Shown one piece after another: positions 1 through 13,308 of a stretch of 64,000 nucleotides of DNA. Source of the stretch: Squalus acanthias (Eukaryota). The position numbers and the translations under genes are program-made. Under the pieces are notes generated by a model, which worked only from the letters and a program-made list of their open reading frames with translations, was not told the origin of the DNA and searched no databases. How positions within the stretch are numbered: the first letter of the stretch is position 1; each line of letters opens with the position of its first letter. The stretch lies in NCBI GenBank assembly GCA_030390025.1, contig CM059432.1:63304001-63368000 (forward strand), given 5' to 3'.

Positions 1-392
1 CCAGGGGTCGGTACTAGGACCACTGCTTTTCTTGATATATATTAATGACTTGGACTTGGGTGTACAGGGCACAATTTCAAAATTTGCAGATAACACAAAA
101 CTTGGAAGTATAGTGCACAGTGAGGAGGATAGTGATAGACTTCAAGAGGTCATAGACAGGTTGGTGGAATGGGCGGACACATGGCAGATGAAATTTAATG
201 CAGAAAAAGGCAAAGTGATACATTTTGGTAGGAAGAACGAGGAGAGGCAATATAGACTAAAGGGTACAATTCTAAAGTGGGTGCATGAACAGAAAGCCCT
301 TGGAGTATATGTGCACAAATCGTTGAAGGTGGCAGAGCAGGTTGAGATAGCGGTTAAAAAACATACGGGATCCTGGGCTTCATAAATAGAGG
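1..392 (+). mobile_element. CR1 LINE ORF2 (reverse transcriptase) fragment
   Basis: ORF 32-385 has typical CR1 RT motifs (QGSVLGP just upstream, IYINDLD, SKFAD-TKL, WQMKFN). Confidence 0.9.
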
Positions 393-393
393 T

Positions 394-545
394 CATGATG
401 TGGAGATGCCGGCGTTGGACTGGGGTGGACAAAAATGAGAAGTCGCACAACACCAGGTTATAGTCCAACAGATTTATTTAATTTTACAAGCTTTCGAAGC
501 AGTTCGCTCCTTCGTCAGGTAAGTTAGCAATGAGAGAATCTCCCA
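394..545 (-). mobile_element. Penelope-like pseudo-LTR fragment
   Basis: Abruptly truncates the CR1. Contains a minimal hammerhead motif on the minus strand, typical of Penelope terminal repeats. Confidence 0.6.
484..522 (-). ncRNA. Minimal type-I hammerhead ribozyme motif
   Basis: Minus strand reads ttac-CUGACGA-a-ggagc-gaact-gcttc-GAAA-gc-UU-gtaa: core boxes, stem I ttac/gtaa, stem II, palindromic AGCT stem III. Confidence 0.7.
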
Positions 546-796
546 GAATTCACAATTTAAACCCAGACAAAATCTATTCACATTATTCCCTGCAACAAAG
601 AGCACAGCCAAGACAATGAGATGTGTCCCAGGGGGTCCAACGTGTCAAACCACCTGCTGGCTGCATATCCTGTCAATTTGTGTTCTTGTGTTAGCCTTTT
701 TAAAAAAAAAACACCTGGGAAGACCGGCCATGATGTCAAGTCACGTTCTGTATCGTGACATGAACCCGATATCGCCAAGTTCCGCACTCATGAGGA

Positions 797-2455
797 TGGT
801 TCTAGACTCCCCAGCCAAGGGAAACATTCTCCCAGCATCCACCCTATCAAGCCCTGTAATAATTTTGTATGCTTCAATGAGATCCCCTCTCATTCTTCTG
901 AATTCAAGAGAATACAGGCCCAGTTTACTCAATCTCTTCTCATACGACAGTCCCGCCATCCCAGGAATCAATCTCGTGAACCTTCGTTGCACTCCCTCTA
1001 TGGCAAGTATATCCTTCCTTATGTAAGGAGACCAAAATTGTACACAGTACTCCAGGTGTGGTCTCACCAAGGCCCTATATAATTGGAGTAAGACTTCTTT
1101 ACTCCTGTACTCAAATCCTCTTGTAATGAAGGCCAGCATACCATTTGCCTTCCTAATGGCTTGCTGCACCTGCACATTCACTTTCAGTGACTCATGTACA
1201 AGGACACCCAGGTCCCTTTGAGTATCTGCATTCCCCAATCTTTCACCATTTAGGAAATACTCTGCCTTTCTGTTTTTTCTACCAAAGTGGATAACTTCAC
1301 ATTTATCCACATTATATTCCATCTGCCATGTTCTCGCCCACTCACTGAGCCTGTCGACATCCCCCTGAAGCCTCTTCACATCCTCTTCACAACTGACACT
1401 GCCACCTAGCTTTGTATCATCAGCAAATTTGGAAATGTTACCTTTAGTCCCCTCATCCAATCATTGATATAGATTGTGAATAGCTGGGGCCCAAGCACCG
1501 ATCCTTGCAGTACCCCACTAGTCACAGCCTGCCATCCTGAAAAAGACCCGTTTATTCCTACACTTTGTTTTCTGTCTTTTAACCAATTCTCTATCCATGC
1601 TAGTATATTACCCCCAATTCCATGTGCCCTAATTTTTATCACCAACCTCTTGTGTGGGACCTTATCGAAGGCCTTCTGAAAATCCAAATACACCACATCT
1701 ACCAGTTCCCCTTTGTCTACTCCACTAGTTACATCCTCAAAGAACTCCAATAGGTTTGTCAAACAGGATTTCCCTTTCATAAATCCATGTTGACTCTGCC
1801 CAATCTTACTATTAGTTTCTAAGTGCCCAGTTATTGCATCCTTTCTAATAGATTCCAGCATTTTCCCAACTACTGATGTGAGGCTAACAGGTATGTAGTT
1901 CCTCGTTTTCTCTCTCCCTCCTTTCTTAAATAGCGGGGTTACATTTGCTATCCTCCGATCTGCAGGAACCGTTCCAGAATGTATAGAATTTTGGAAGATG
2001 ACAACCAATGCGTCCACTATCCCAATGGCCACCTCTTTCAAAACCCTAGGATGTAGGTCATCCGGTCCTTGGGATTTATCGACTTTTAGTCCCATTAATT
2101 TTGCTAGTACTGTTTTCTTACTAATAATAATTTCTTTACGTTCCTCATTCTCGCCACACCCTTGGTTTTCTTGTATTTCTGGGAGGTTTTTTGTGTCTTC
2201 CTCCGTGAAGACAGAAACAAAGTATTTATTTAATTTCTCAGCCATTTCCTCATTCCCCATTATAAATTCTGCTGTCTCTCACTGTAAAGGACCTACATTT
2301 ACCTTCGCCAGTCTTTTCCTTTTCACATACCTATAGAAGCTTTTACAATCCGTTTTTATGTTTTTCACTAGTTTGTGCTCATATTCCATTTCCCCTTTCT
2401 TTATCAATTTCTTGGTCCCCCTTTGCTGATTTCTAAAAAGATCCCAATCCTCAGG
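797..2455 (-). mobile_element. CR1 LINE ORF2 fragment (frameshifted RT)
   Basis: ORFs 1406-2260 and 741-1460: PVSLTSVVGK, SQHGFMKGKSCLTNL, YLDFQKAFDKV, QGSVLGP, KFADDTKL. Confidence 0.95.
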
Positions 2456-2547
2456 CTGACCTCAGGATAATCACAAGCCTGAAGTGATCCTTCACTGTAT
2501 TTGTTCCAGTTCATAACCATAGTAGAATAATACTGTGAATTCTCTTA

Positions 2548-3190
2548 TATAAAAACAGAAAATGCTGGAAATACTCAGAAGCTCAGGCAGCATCTGTGGA
2601 GAGAGAAACAGAGTAAACGTTTCAGGTCGATGACCCTTCGTCAGAACTGGAAAAAGCTGGAGATGGAACAGGTTTTTAAGCAAGTGTAGGGGCAGGGAAA
2701 GGGGGGAGGGGAGGAAAGAACAAAAGGGAAGGTCTGTGATAGGATGGAAGGCAGGAGAGATAAGAGACAAAAGGGATGATGGTGCAAGGCAAAAGGAGAT
2801 GGTAATGGGACAAGTTAAGAAACAAAAGATGGCTCTAGATGAAGTGTAACTGGCAATCGCAGAATGAAAGACAGCTGCCATGTGAGAGAGAGAAAAAAAA
2901 TGGAAAAAAAAGATAGGGGCAGAGGTTATGGTCTGAAATTGTTGAACTCGATGTTGAGTCCAGAAGGCTGTAAAGTGCCTAATCGAAAGATGAGGTGCTG
3001 TTCCTCGAGCTTACATTGAGCTTCATTGGAACAGTGTAAGAGGCCGAGGACGATGAGGTCTGAGTGGGAGTGGAGCGGAGAATTAAAGTGACAGGCGACC
3101 GGAAGCTCGGGGTTATCCTTACGGATTGAACGGAGGTGTTCCTCAAAGCGGTCACCCAATCTGCCTTTGGTCTCCCCAATGTAGTGGAGC
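2548..3190 (-). mobile_element. Penelope-like element 3' fragment (GIY-YIG endonuclease end plus pseudo-LTR)
   Basis: Reads YIGETK.RLGDRFEEHL...PVACHFN...LGTLQPSGLNIEF, followed by a terminal repeat shared with 13910-15211 and 51059-51819. Confidence 0.9.
2612..2648 (-). ncRNA. Minimal hammerhead ribozyme motif in Penelope pseudo-LTR
   Basis: agtt-CUGACGA-a-gggtc-atc-gacct-GAAA-cg-UU-tact; one mismatch in stem I. Confidence 0.65.
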
Positions 3191-4204
3191 GAATACTTTC
3201 TTGTTAGCCAGCGAGTTTCCTAGATTGAATTTCTTCAGTGAACTAAAAAAAGGTCAGATTTATGTATGACACAATTCTCTGCTATATAGGGAATATTTTT
3301 CATGTCATTTTTAATCTCTATCACCTAAAACATGAATTCTTAAAATAGAATAGCTATGGATAAACCACCTGATAGGTTAATATTCTAAACCATGTTAGTT
3401 CATTGACAATTAACCAATACTCAACTAATTTTCTGTTTATTGACTCTTGTAATCTGTTAATATTATATGGGAGAATGGTTATAAAATTGGCAAAAAAAAT
3501 CACTGTGGAATCAATCCCAATGTTTAATTGGTTATCACAGCCTTGTAAAGCTGCTGTTACACTCAGCAGTAATCAATTTTAGAGTTTGATTTCTGTGCTC
3601 TCACTATCTCCATAGAAAGATTTAAAATTGAATTCTTGCCTCTATAAAGCTTCCATCTGCTACTGATTTGAAACAACAGGAAAATATAGGCATCGAATGA
3701 GGAATGAGACTTTTGAAACAAAGAATAGATCTGTTTCAAAAACTTGTCAGTGGGGGAGGGGTTCATAACCTTGATGCCAAAAATAAGTTATCTGGCTAGT
3801 TTAAGTCAGACCAACACTAATCGTGGTCTTTGAGTGATATTAGTTCATATTACTTCTGAAGCTGGCCTTAATTCAAATGAAATAATGAGTGTAACTAGTC
3901 ACTGGTCTGGAGGTAGCCTCAGGAGTTATTGGACTGCGATAGACACTCTATGGCTCCAATGGTCTGAAATACTAGAGACTATGGAATCAGAACAGTGCAC
4001 ACTTCTTTTCCTCTCAACACTTCATAAATCTCCATAAAACCCAAGTCCATCCAAGAATTGAATACTACTCCCATATCGAGGGAGAATCTTAAAGTGCCTC
4101 TCTCACCTTCCTAGACTGGATTCAACAAAAAGCTTATCACTTTATAGGTGATCATTCTGAACTTTTCTTAGTTCTTCCTTCTAAGCTTTAAAGTCCAGAC
4201 TAAG

Positions 4205-4973
4205 GGGCTAGAAATTCAGTATAGCCCCGTTTGGGGCACTAACTTTTGAAAGTAGAAAAAGTAGCACCAGGTGCTAATGATTCTCTCCTGCCAGGAAATT
4301 CAGCTTTAACGCTCCAAGAGGGAAGTGGAGCGTTAAATCAAGCGGTAACCACTTCTCTTAGGGCGCTAAAGTCCGAGAGTGGGGCGGTAGCGGCAGAGCG
4401 CTGAACAATTTGGAGCACATTGCTAATGGCATCAGAGGCTGCTTCCCTCGCTTAAAGGGAAGAGCCATTGATGGTGCACAACCTATCTGTCGGCAGTTCT
4501 GCGTTGCAAGGCGACCTGCGCGACTGCCATTACAGCCCCAAACACTCTCGCAAAGTGGAGGGCTTGGACATCTTGCAGCAATGAAACATCAAAAACTTTG
4601 AGCAGGCACCAGATTGGTGCAAATAATCAAGGTTGGCCTACCTGAAAACCATTCCCTTTAATTAGCGCTCCCCAAGCGGTTAGCCGAGTTCACAACGCCT
4701 CCTCTTCCTGCCGTTGTTCACATCTGGCGATACAGCAGGGGGTGGGAGGCAATTTCACATCTGGGGTGATAACGGGATGCTGCGCACTTTATGATGTCAC
4801 GATCTGCGAGGCGCTAGAGGCCCAGGCAGTAAGAGTTAGTGCCGGCGCTAAACCGGCACAAAAGTTTGCGGGCGTTGCTGCATTCGCCACACCCGGTCAC
4901 TAACCCTTAGCGTCCTGTTAGCGCCTCCTCCAGGCGCTAATGGGAGGCACTAACCAACTGAATTTCAGTTCCC
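4205..4973. mobile_element. Non-autonomous Harbinger-type element (MITE), related to the 21009-24989 family
   Basis: Ends gggctagaaattcag ... ctgaatttcagttccc. The left ~70 nt match the reverse complement of the right end of 21009-24989 (gccccgtttggg.c.ctaacttttgaaa). Many TAGCGC-like motifs. Confidence 0.8.
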
Positions 4974-5579
4974 AAAATTTTGTGATCCCCATATCTCCAC
5001 AGAAAAAGTGGTTGTTGTCCCATCCCAAATTGCAAGGACAGTGTAATTTACATAATCAAGGCAGATGACCTGCACCCGTTGAAGTGCTACAGAGCTATTC
5101 ACCTGTATTAACAAGCAGTAGTCAGAGTGCCACCCTGTCACTCCAATAGGGGGACAGCTAGGCCTGGGAAGGACAAAAGCAAAAAGGGCCCATAATTCTT
5201 TCGAATGCTCGAAGGGAACAAGGACCCTCATTTGAAATTTATTTTGGGCAGTTTTGAAGCTTTCCTGGTGCAAGACCTATGCTAGCTTGGCATAGGTTCT
5301 GCTGGGCCTATCAATGGCATACTGGTTGAAATTCCCAAGGTAGTCCAGGAACCCCCTCCTCCACTCCTGACATGCCCCCAATGCTTGCTGTAGATTAGTA
5401 GGGGTGGGAAGGACTCACCTGCCCTCACACCAATCAGTATTTCTGCGAGATGTTGTGAAAGCAGAAAACTGGTAGACCTGCATTTACCCTCCTGTAATCT
5501 TTCCCAAATGAGTCTCTTCCTATCTCCTCTCTTCCCTTCTTCACCCAACAAGTGCCCAGCTACCCATTCCATCTGCATT

Positions 5580-7430
5580 GCTCTTCAAAAATATCCACTC
5601 TCTCTTGAACAAGGCCCTTCCCAAGCATGACCTCATTCTAGAGGGACATCCCCATATATTGGGTCTAACAAACCTAGCTTGCAAATTATGACTTCCTCCC
5701 CCTCATGAAGTCTGCCTCAACTAGCTTCATGTTCCACCACATAATTTGCTCAAATTGTATAGCGGCAGCAGAGTACTCATCTCCAGATTGCATATCGGTC
5801 TCTCCCCAGACTCCTCTCGCTCCTTCTGCTCATTCAAACATCTCACTCATCTTCATCTCTCATTCAGCTATATCTCCCAACCCACAAAACTGCCAGGTGT
5901 CTTCCTCAACAAGAGACTCCTCACCTTCAGTGATTTCAACCTCTACCTCAATTCTTTGCTTCCTTCAACCTCATCTTCCACATTGACTCCCCCACTCACA
6001 CAAACAGCCTCATTAACACACATGACCTAAGAAGTAACTTTCACTGGCAGGCCTCTCTCTGATCATTTCCTCATCTGTTTTCTCCCCTGCATTCCCTGAC
6101 TGCCCCAACCTCTCCACCATCAACTTTGACATCTGGAAAAAGCTGATGCTCTCATGCTCTTTCCCTGAATCTGGCCCTCCACTCGGGATGAAATTTGCGC
6201 CTCTGTCGACTTCAACAACTGCCACAACTCTTCTTATGATGCCCTTGACTCCATCAGATCCCACTCCCCGAAGCCTCATAACTGTTGTCTGTAAGCTGGA
6301 GTATACCTGGTGAGTGAGTGGACTGGATATCTGTCAGCAAATTTAGCTCAATCGTCTCAAGGACTACCTTTGATCTCTTACTATGGCCAAATTCCTTTAT
6401 TACTCCAAGATTATCCTGGCTAGCAGAAACAACTCCAAACTCCTGGCCATAATACGCCATCCTGTCTGATCACTTTCCGACTGGCCCTTCCATCCTCACC
6501 TCTGACACCAAATGTTAGGAGCTCATGGACTTACATCCAAATTAAGGGCATCTGCTCTGCTGCTTCTGCCTTTCCAACCCCTCCCCTTCCCAGCCCCCTC
6601 GTCCTGCTCATTCACTCTTCAGGCACCTACCCTGCCATACTTCACATTCTTGTCTTAATCTTCCCCCTCATTGTCATTAAATCTTCCATGAAGTCCACCA
6701 CCTGTTCCCTATCCCAAGTATTGACCAACCAACTTCTTTTTCTCAGTCCCCTGATCATCAACATTATCAACCTGTCTCTAGATCTTTCAAAACCACTGTC
6801 ATCACCTTCCTCAAAAAATCTACTCCCAACCCCTACATCCTGTCCAATGTTCCCTTTCTTTCCAAAGTCCTCAAATGCACTGTTGCCGGGCAACTACACT
6901 CCCACCTCTCTTACTACTTCCTGTTCAAAGCCCTCAGACAGCTTATGTGACTATAACCATGGCTCACTTTAGCTCAATCTCTCTGCTGCCTTTGACACTG
7001 TTAACCACTCTATTCTACTGGAATGCCTCTCCTTCACAACTATGGCTCTGCTTGCTCCTGGTTCCACTTCTACTTACTGCATCACAGACATTACATTGCC
7101 TCAAGTGGGTTCTTTTCCTACGCCCACATGGTCACCTCTTATGTACTCCAGAGTTCCCTCCTTGGAACTTTCTTCAGCATTATTTGCATGCTACCCCTTG
7201 GTAATGTTATTCAGAAGCATGGAGTCAGTTTTCACATTTATACTAATGACATCTAGCTCTACCTTGCCACCTCTCCATTGACCCCCAACTGCCACCGTCT
7301 CCTACTGCCTTTTCAACATTAAGACCTGGAATGAACAAATCCTCTTCCATCTTAACAACAGAAAAATGATGCCACCCTCCAACCCCCGCATGCACCTATA
7401 TGCCTCCACCCAAAAATCCATCTCATTCTA
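5580..7430 (+). mobile_element. Highly decayed L2-type LINE
   Basis: C/T-rich strand with remnants of endonuclease (.DFNL.L) and RT (LSAAFDTVNH, H.YTND.) motifs. Confidence 0.7.
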
Positions 7431-7519
7431 ACTTTCTCCTTGCTGGCTCCTCTGTGTCTAGCAGTCATATATAACATCATTCATATTATGCTGAATTGAA
7501 AATTTATTGCAATCACATA

Positions 7520-8645
7520 GGCAAAGGGCAGTCATCATTGACAGTAGCTACATGGAGCCAGGTCACAAATGGATTCCTGAAGGTCTCTGTTGAGCTCATT
7601 GCTGTTCATCATCTTTATAAACAATTTGGATGAGTACATAATGGAATCAGTCACAAGTTTGCAGTTGGAAAATTAGATCAAATAAATAAGTTGCAGGCCA
7701 ACTGAAATAATTAGGGGAATGGAACAGTGTGTGGCAGATGACCGTCATTGGGGAATAATGCAGTTGTTATGCATTTGGATCTGGAAACTCCAGGCATGTG
7801 TATACATCCAGGGTCCCTGCTGAAGATTGTGGAATGTGAGAGGGCCCTGAAAGTCATAGTTGATGAATCATTGAGGGCCCACAAGTTATGTGGCAAGGCC
7901 ATTGGGAAGGCAAATAAGGTTTTAGGTTGTATTACTAGGAGAATACAATATAAAACTAAAAATACTTTTTTTAGCCTATAAAGGCCTTGTCACAGCCAAA
8001 CTTGAAGTACGTGGCAGGGGCATCGAGGGCCTGAAGAAAGTACAGATAGGGCAACTAAAATGAAAGTTATCAGGTCAGACTTGATGAGTTGGAGCTACAG
8101 GAAACTCTCGTTTAAACGGCACCTAAATATCCGGAATCCTCTAATAACCGGCAGAATTCATACTCCGAAAACTACAGTATACAGTAATTTATAAGTTTTG
8201 TTTTACTGTTAAGTAATTAAAGAGTTATGGATTACCCTCAACTGGCATTACTGTACTTAAACAAGCATCTTCCACCATCCATTTAACACAACATTCTGTC
8301 GGGGAGTACCCAATTATACTGCACATTTCTTGATTTTTTTATTTTTGTTTGTTAAAAATAGCCTCGGTAGATATACCTCTCCGTTATCCGGAATTTTTAA
8401 TCAACCGGCACCATCCTGGTCCCGTCGGTGCCGGATACGAATGAGTTTCCTGTATTTACATTCAAGAAACACAGGCTTAGGAGAGATATGATTGGGCTTT
8501 TTAAAATGAGGAAGGGAATCGATACTGTCCAGTTGAATTGGCTATTTGAGATAGATAGGGATAGCAGAACTAAGGGGCATGCGCATAAACTATGTAGACA
8601 AAGAGTTAGATTAGATATTAGGAAATATTTCTTTTCACAGAGGCA
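7520..8645 (+). mobile_element. Old CR1 fragment, interrupted by the MITE at 8098-8452
   Basis: Motifs KANKVLGCITR, RLRRDMIGLFK, RTKGHAHKL, DIRKYFFSQR. Confidence 0.8.
8098..8452. mobile_element. Tc1/mariner (pogo/Tigger-like) MITE
   Basis: TA|caggaaactc...gagtttcctg|TA. The host CR1 reads through (LELFTF) when the insert is removed. Confidence 0.85.
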
Positions 8646-8721
8646 TTGCAAACTGGAACTATGTTCCTGCACGCATCCGCCAATCTTCTAACACTGGCCT
8701 ATTTCTTATTTGCTGTTTCCT

Positions 8722-9725
8722 CCCCCCAGCCCTGCCAATCACCAACCTCACGCCAGCTCTGCCAATCACCGATCTCCCCAGCCCTGCCAATCGCCCACCT
8801 CCCCCCAGCTCTGCCAATCACCAACCTCCCCCCAGCCCTCACGATCCTTGACCTCCCCCCAGCCCTGCCAATCGCCGATCTCCCCCAGCCCTGCCAATCG
8901 CCGATCTCCCCCAGCCCTGCCAATCACCGATCTCCCCCAGCCCTGCCAATCGCCGACCTCCCCCCAGCCCTGCCAATCACCGATCTCCCCCCAGCCCTGC
9001 CAATCACCGACCTCCCCCCAGCCCTGCCAATCGCCGACCTCCCCCCAGCTCTGCCAATCACCAACCTCCCCCCAACCCTGCCAATCGCCGACCTCCCCCC
9101 AGCCCTGCCAATCGCCGACCTCCCCCCAGCCCTGCCAATCGCCAACCTCCCCTCAGCCCTGCCAATCGCTGACCTCCCCCCAGCCTTGCCAATCACCAAC
9201 CTCCCCCCAGCCCTGCCAATCACCGATCTCCCCCAGCCCTGCCAATCACCGATCTCCCCCAGCCCTGCCAATCACCGATCTCCCCCAGCCCTGCCAATCA
9301 CCGATCTCCCCCAGCCCTGCCAATCGCCGACCTCCCCCCAGCCCTGCCAATCGCTGACCTCCCCCAGCCCTGCCAATCGCCGACCTCCCCCCAGCTCTGC
9401 CAATCGCTGACCTCTCCTCAGCCCTCCCTATCCCCGACCTCCCCCCAGCCCTGCCAATCGCCGACCTCCCCCCAGCCCTGCCAATGGCCGACCTCCCCCC
9501 AGCCCTGCCAATCGCCGACCTCCCCCCAGCCCTGCCAATGGCCGACCTCCCCCCAGCCCTGCCAATCCCCGACCTCCCCCCAGCCCTCCCTATCCCCGAC
9601 CTCCCCCCAGCCCTCCCTATCCCCGACCTCCCCCCAGCCCTCCCTATCCCCGACCTCCCCCCAGCCCTCCCTATCCCCGACCTCCCTCCAGCCCTCCCTA
9701 TCCCTGACCTCCCCCCAGCCCTCAT
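8722..9725. repeat. C-rich minisatellite, 23-24 bp unit (ccagccctgccaatcgccgacctc-like), ~40 copies
   Basis: Direct tandem repeats. The unit shifts to ccagccctccctatccccgacctc near the 3' end. Confidence 0.97.
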
Positions 9726-9887
9726 GATTAACAACCTCCCCCCACCCCCCCAATTGCCGACCTTCTCCCAGCCCTCCCGATTGCCAACTTTCTCCCAGTC
9801 ATCCTGTTCACTGCCCGGAGCTAATGCTCCCTTCCTAGTGCCAGACACCGTCCCCAAAAATCCACTGCTGTGGCCTCCTGCTACTAG

Positions 9888-10002
9888 TAAAGAAAGAAAG
9901 AAAGACTTGCATTTATATAGCACCTTTCATGACCTCAGGACATCCCAAAGCACTTTACAGCCAATGAAATACTTTTGACGTGTAGTCACTGTTGTAAGGT
10001 AG
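9888..10002 (-). mobile_element. 3' tail fragment of SacSINE1/DeuSINE-type SINE
   Basis: Reverse complement matches the 3' end of 59030-59486 (..gtgctatataaatgcaagtctttc). Confidence 0.8.
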
Positions 10003-11509
10003 TAATTGCTCCTGCCCGCCGGCGAGGCTGTCCACTTGACTGGCTGCCTGGCGGGAGGCAGTCCTTCTAAATGTTAATGAGGCCGTATTTTTAAGATCAG
10101 CAGGGCCTCCACTTCCCCTGCCTTGCCCGGTTCTTTGGTCGATTTCGGTCTCCCACGCACCCGCCCCGGCTCACCATTAATATCGGGGCCCCTGTTTCAT
10201 TCCCCGCTTAGCTCAATATCTATACAATATCCAGAGGACCGCAGGCACCCGTGGAACTGTACCCCAACAAGAGTCAATACCTTCAGGAGAGGAGTGGGGG
10301 AAATTGGGAATAAAAGAATAATGAGTTCTAATAGGTTGATAAAATGTATTAGCCTAATTGCTACAAATGCTTAATTCTACATAGTATAACCCAAAGTTAA
10401 GGATGTTATAGAAAATCCTCTCTTTTGATTCTCACTTTTGTGCACCAGATAATAAAATATTGATTTTTATACAATGTGCATGAATTGTCATGTTTATCTC
10501 CTGACACGCTGTTTTTGCATGATAGGTTTTTGTTTTGAATATTTTTCATTGCTTTTTTTTCCTCCATTTTTTTGATAGAAAGTGTTGCACGAATAAATAA
10601 GTGCTTTCACTGCTTTTTCATCTTTACATTATTTTACTGTTTCATGATTGCATTCCTTGGATTAATTGTCAGCAACCACCCAGGTTTGTGCAAACACTGG
10701 TTTGAACAGGTTACAGACCACAATCTTCCCACACCACACCAAAAATGGAGCCTGCTAGAGCACGCAGAAAAATCTGACGGATAGATGTTCCAGTGTTTTG
10801 CAATTATTTTTTAAACGGTGGCCTAGACAACAGATTCATTGAACACAGATTTGTTTTATTGTTTTCAAAGCTTTGTGGCGGTTTCTTTTCATTGAATTAT
10901 ATTACTTTTAAGCAATAGGAAGATATTATGGATTTGAACTTTGGACAAACTGCTGAAATATAGCTTAGTGACAATTCTGCATTAACTAACACCACTTCAC
11001 ATTACCACTTAAATCCGGTCTTACCAATATTGTTTATATCAGAGTCAGTTGTCAAGAATTTCACATTGGTTCATCAACCCAACATTCTTGGTATTTTGTT
11101 ATATTGCATGCAAGTTAATAATATTTTGCAAGAAGTACTTAAAAACCCATGGAACTGAAGACATTGGGTGATTTGTGTTAACAAAAACATACAAGTGGAC
11201 ATTCGAGAATTATTTTCCTGTTCTATTTAATTTGATAACATCCAGATGGCAAATATTATGGGCTAAAAATTGGTTAACACATGAAAACGGGTGGGGGGAA
11301 ATTGAGATCTGCGAACGCCTCGCGTCCATTGAAAGGAATGCAGGCAGCACGCGACCTTCGTGCTAATTATAATGACTGTAGAACACGCTGCTGTGTGGCT
11401 GAACGCTCAGCAAGGGGCCCACGTTCGTGTGAGGCTAGCACCAATGAAAGCTAGCCTCCACTTCTTAAAGGCCGTCTGCACCTCTCATGAAACTGGCTGG
11501 GAGAGGCAG

Positions 11510-13308
11510 TGCAAAGGTCACAACAGGGGAGAGAGCATGCACCAAGGTTTTCTGATGCAGCACTGGAGGCCAAGGTGCAGGAGGTGGAAAGGAGGAGAGA
11601 GGTCCTATTTCCACAGGGGTCCAGGAGGCCTCCAGGCAAACTCAAAAACGACAATGGGAGCACATAGCCATAGCTGTCAATGAATTAATCTTCAAATGCC
11701 ATATCCCACCATCTGCGCCACTAACCTCACACACTGCTCAATGCACCACACCCCATCACTCACTTACCAACAATCTCTACCAAACACGACTCATACCTCA
11801 CATTCATAGCTTCACCCCACCATCACAAATCTACCACTGCACACCCACATCTCACAGCTTGCACTGTCAGCTATTCAACCATGACAGGCACAACACCCAA
11901 ACACAATACACCACACTCACTGCCACATATCCCTTTCTCTTGCACAACAAAGTCGCTCACAGTTGGAGCCAGCAAGGACTAAGCAAAGGGGCACAGGCTG
12001 CCTACATAATCTCACCCCCTGAAGGAGACGGTGCAGGCCATTCTTGGCAGGGCAATTACTGAGCCCGTGGCCAGCGGTGGGTCTGAAGCAATCCAAGATA
12101 ATGGTATCTTCATACCTAATCCTCCTCTCACATCCCACTTCCCCTCATCCCACTATCTTTTCTGACTTCAAGCTGCAGATGGTGTAAGCATGCACCTCTT
12201 GCTTTCCTCCCCTCACTTCACCGCATCCCTACCCCTGTGCCTTTCTCCTTTCAGATAGCCAAGAACTGCCAACTAGCCAGGCACTGGTGGATGAGCAGGA
12301 AGAAAGTGATCATGAAGGAATACCGTCATTCGATCTCACACTCGCAGACACCAGCTCAGATACTGACACTCTGCATGCTTTAGAGGAGAGGTTAGATGCA
12401 GGAGCTGCATGTGGTGAGACACTGGGCATGAGTGGCCTGCAGCAAGGGTAGGGCAGGTGCCAGCTCCCCAGAGGGCGAGGTCGCACACAAGATCTGCTGC
12501 AGAGGACTCAGGTGAGGACTTCGATGGGGCAGCCTACAGAAGAAGGCTGATGGGTATGCACAATAACATGGTTGGTGCACTGGCAGGCCTGCCTGAGTAC
12601 AATGTCAAGGAGCATGGAGGAGTCCGGCACCAACCTTGCACAGGGCTTTGTACAGAGCTTGGAACCCATGATTTCCAGCATGGAAGTGATGGCCAACTTC
12701 ATTACCCCACTTGTGGACCCAACCAAGTTGCAGGGTCTGATGGCCGATGTCTCAGCTTCCATTGCAGCACAGATGGAAGCAACCCAACATCTGACTGCTG
12801 CAGTGGAAGCTCAGACTTCTGTCATGCAGGCTCAGCTTGCTGCCACAAAAGCTCAGACTGCTGCCATTGTGGCTGTGTTTACCAGCGTGGAAAGGGGCTT
12901 GCAGGGTATCACAGCAGTCCAGCAATCATCCTCCAACAGATTACTAGGATAGCTGAGAGGCCGCCCCGGGGGAGTGGCAGTGGCTCCGTGGAGCACGAAC
13001 CTGCTGTCGTCTCTCAGGATGACAGCATTCATGCTGCCTCCACTGCCACTCCGCCATTGCCCTTGCTGTTGCCTGTTAGCCAGCCAGCCCAGACTGCTGC
13101 CACCCATGCTGAGGTGGTGCAATCTACTGCAGTGTCTTCTAGGCCCACAGCTGCTCAAGGTCTTCCCGCAAGGCCATCTGCAGTCTCCTCCACTGAAAGT
13201 CAGCAGCCTTCCATCAGCCATGCTGCAGCCACTGGGGTAGCACTTCGTAGAAGCACTAGGACAGACACACAGAAGACAGGCACTAAGGGATTGCATAAGG
13301 GTGATTAG
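11510..13308 (+). pseudogene. Harbinger Myb/SANT-like (trihelix) partner gene, 3 exons, decayed
   Basis: Exon 1 REHAPRFSDAALEA.VQEVERRREVLFP. Splice sites near 11945, 12102 and 12255. C-terminus ...LRRSTR...GLHKGD*. Confidence 0.8.

Noticed and set aside
8646..9978. Long Pro-rich and Gly/Arg-rich ORFs (up to 254 aa)
   Set aside because: Translations of a stop-free 24-bp minisatellite, open in several frames on both strands.
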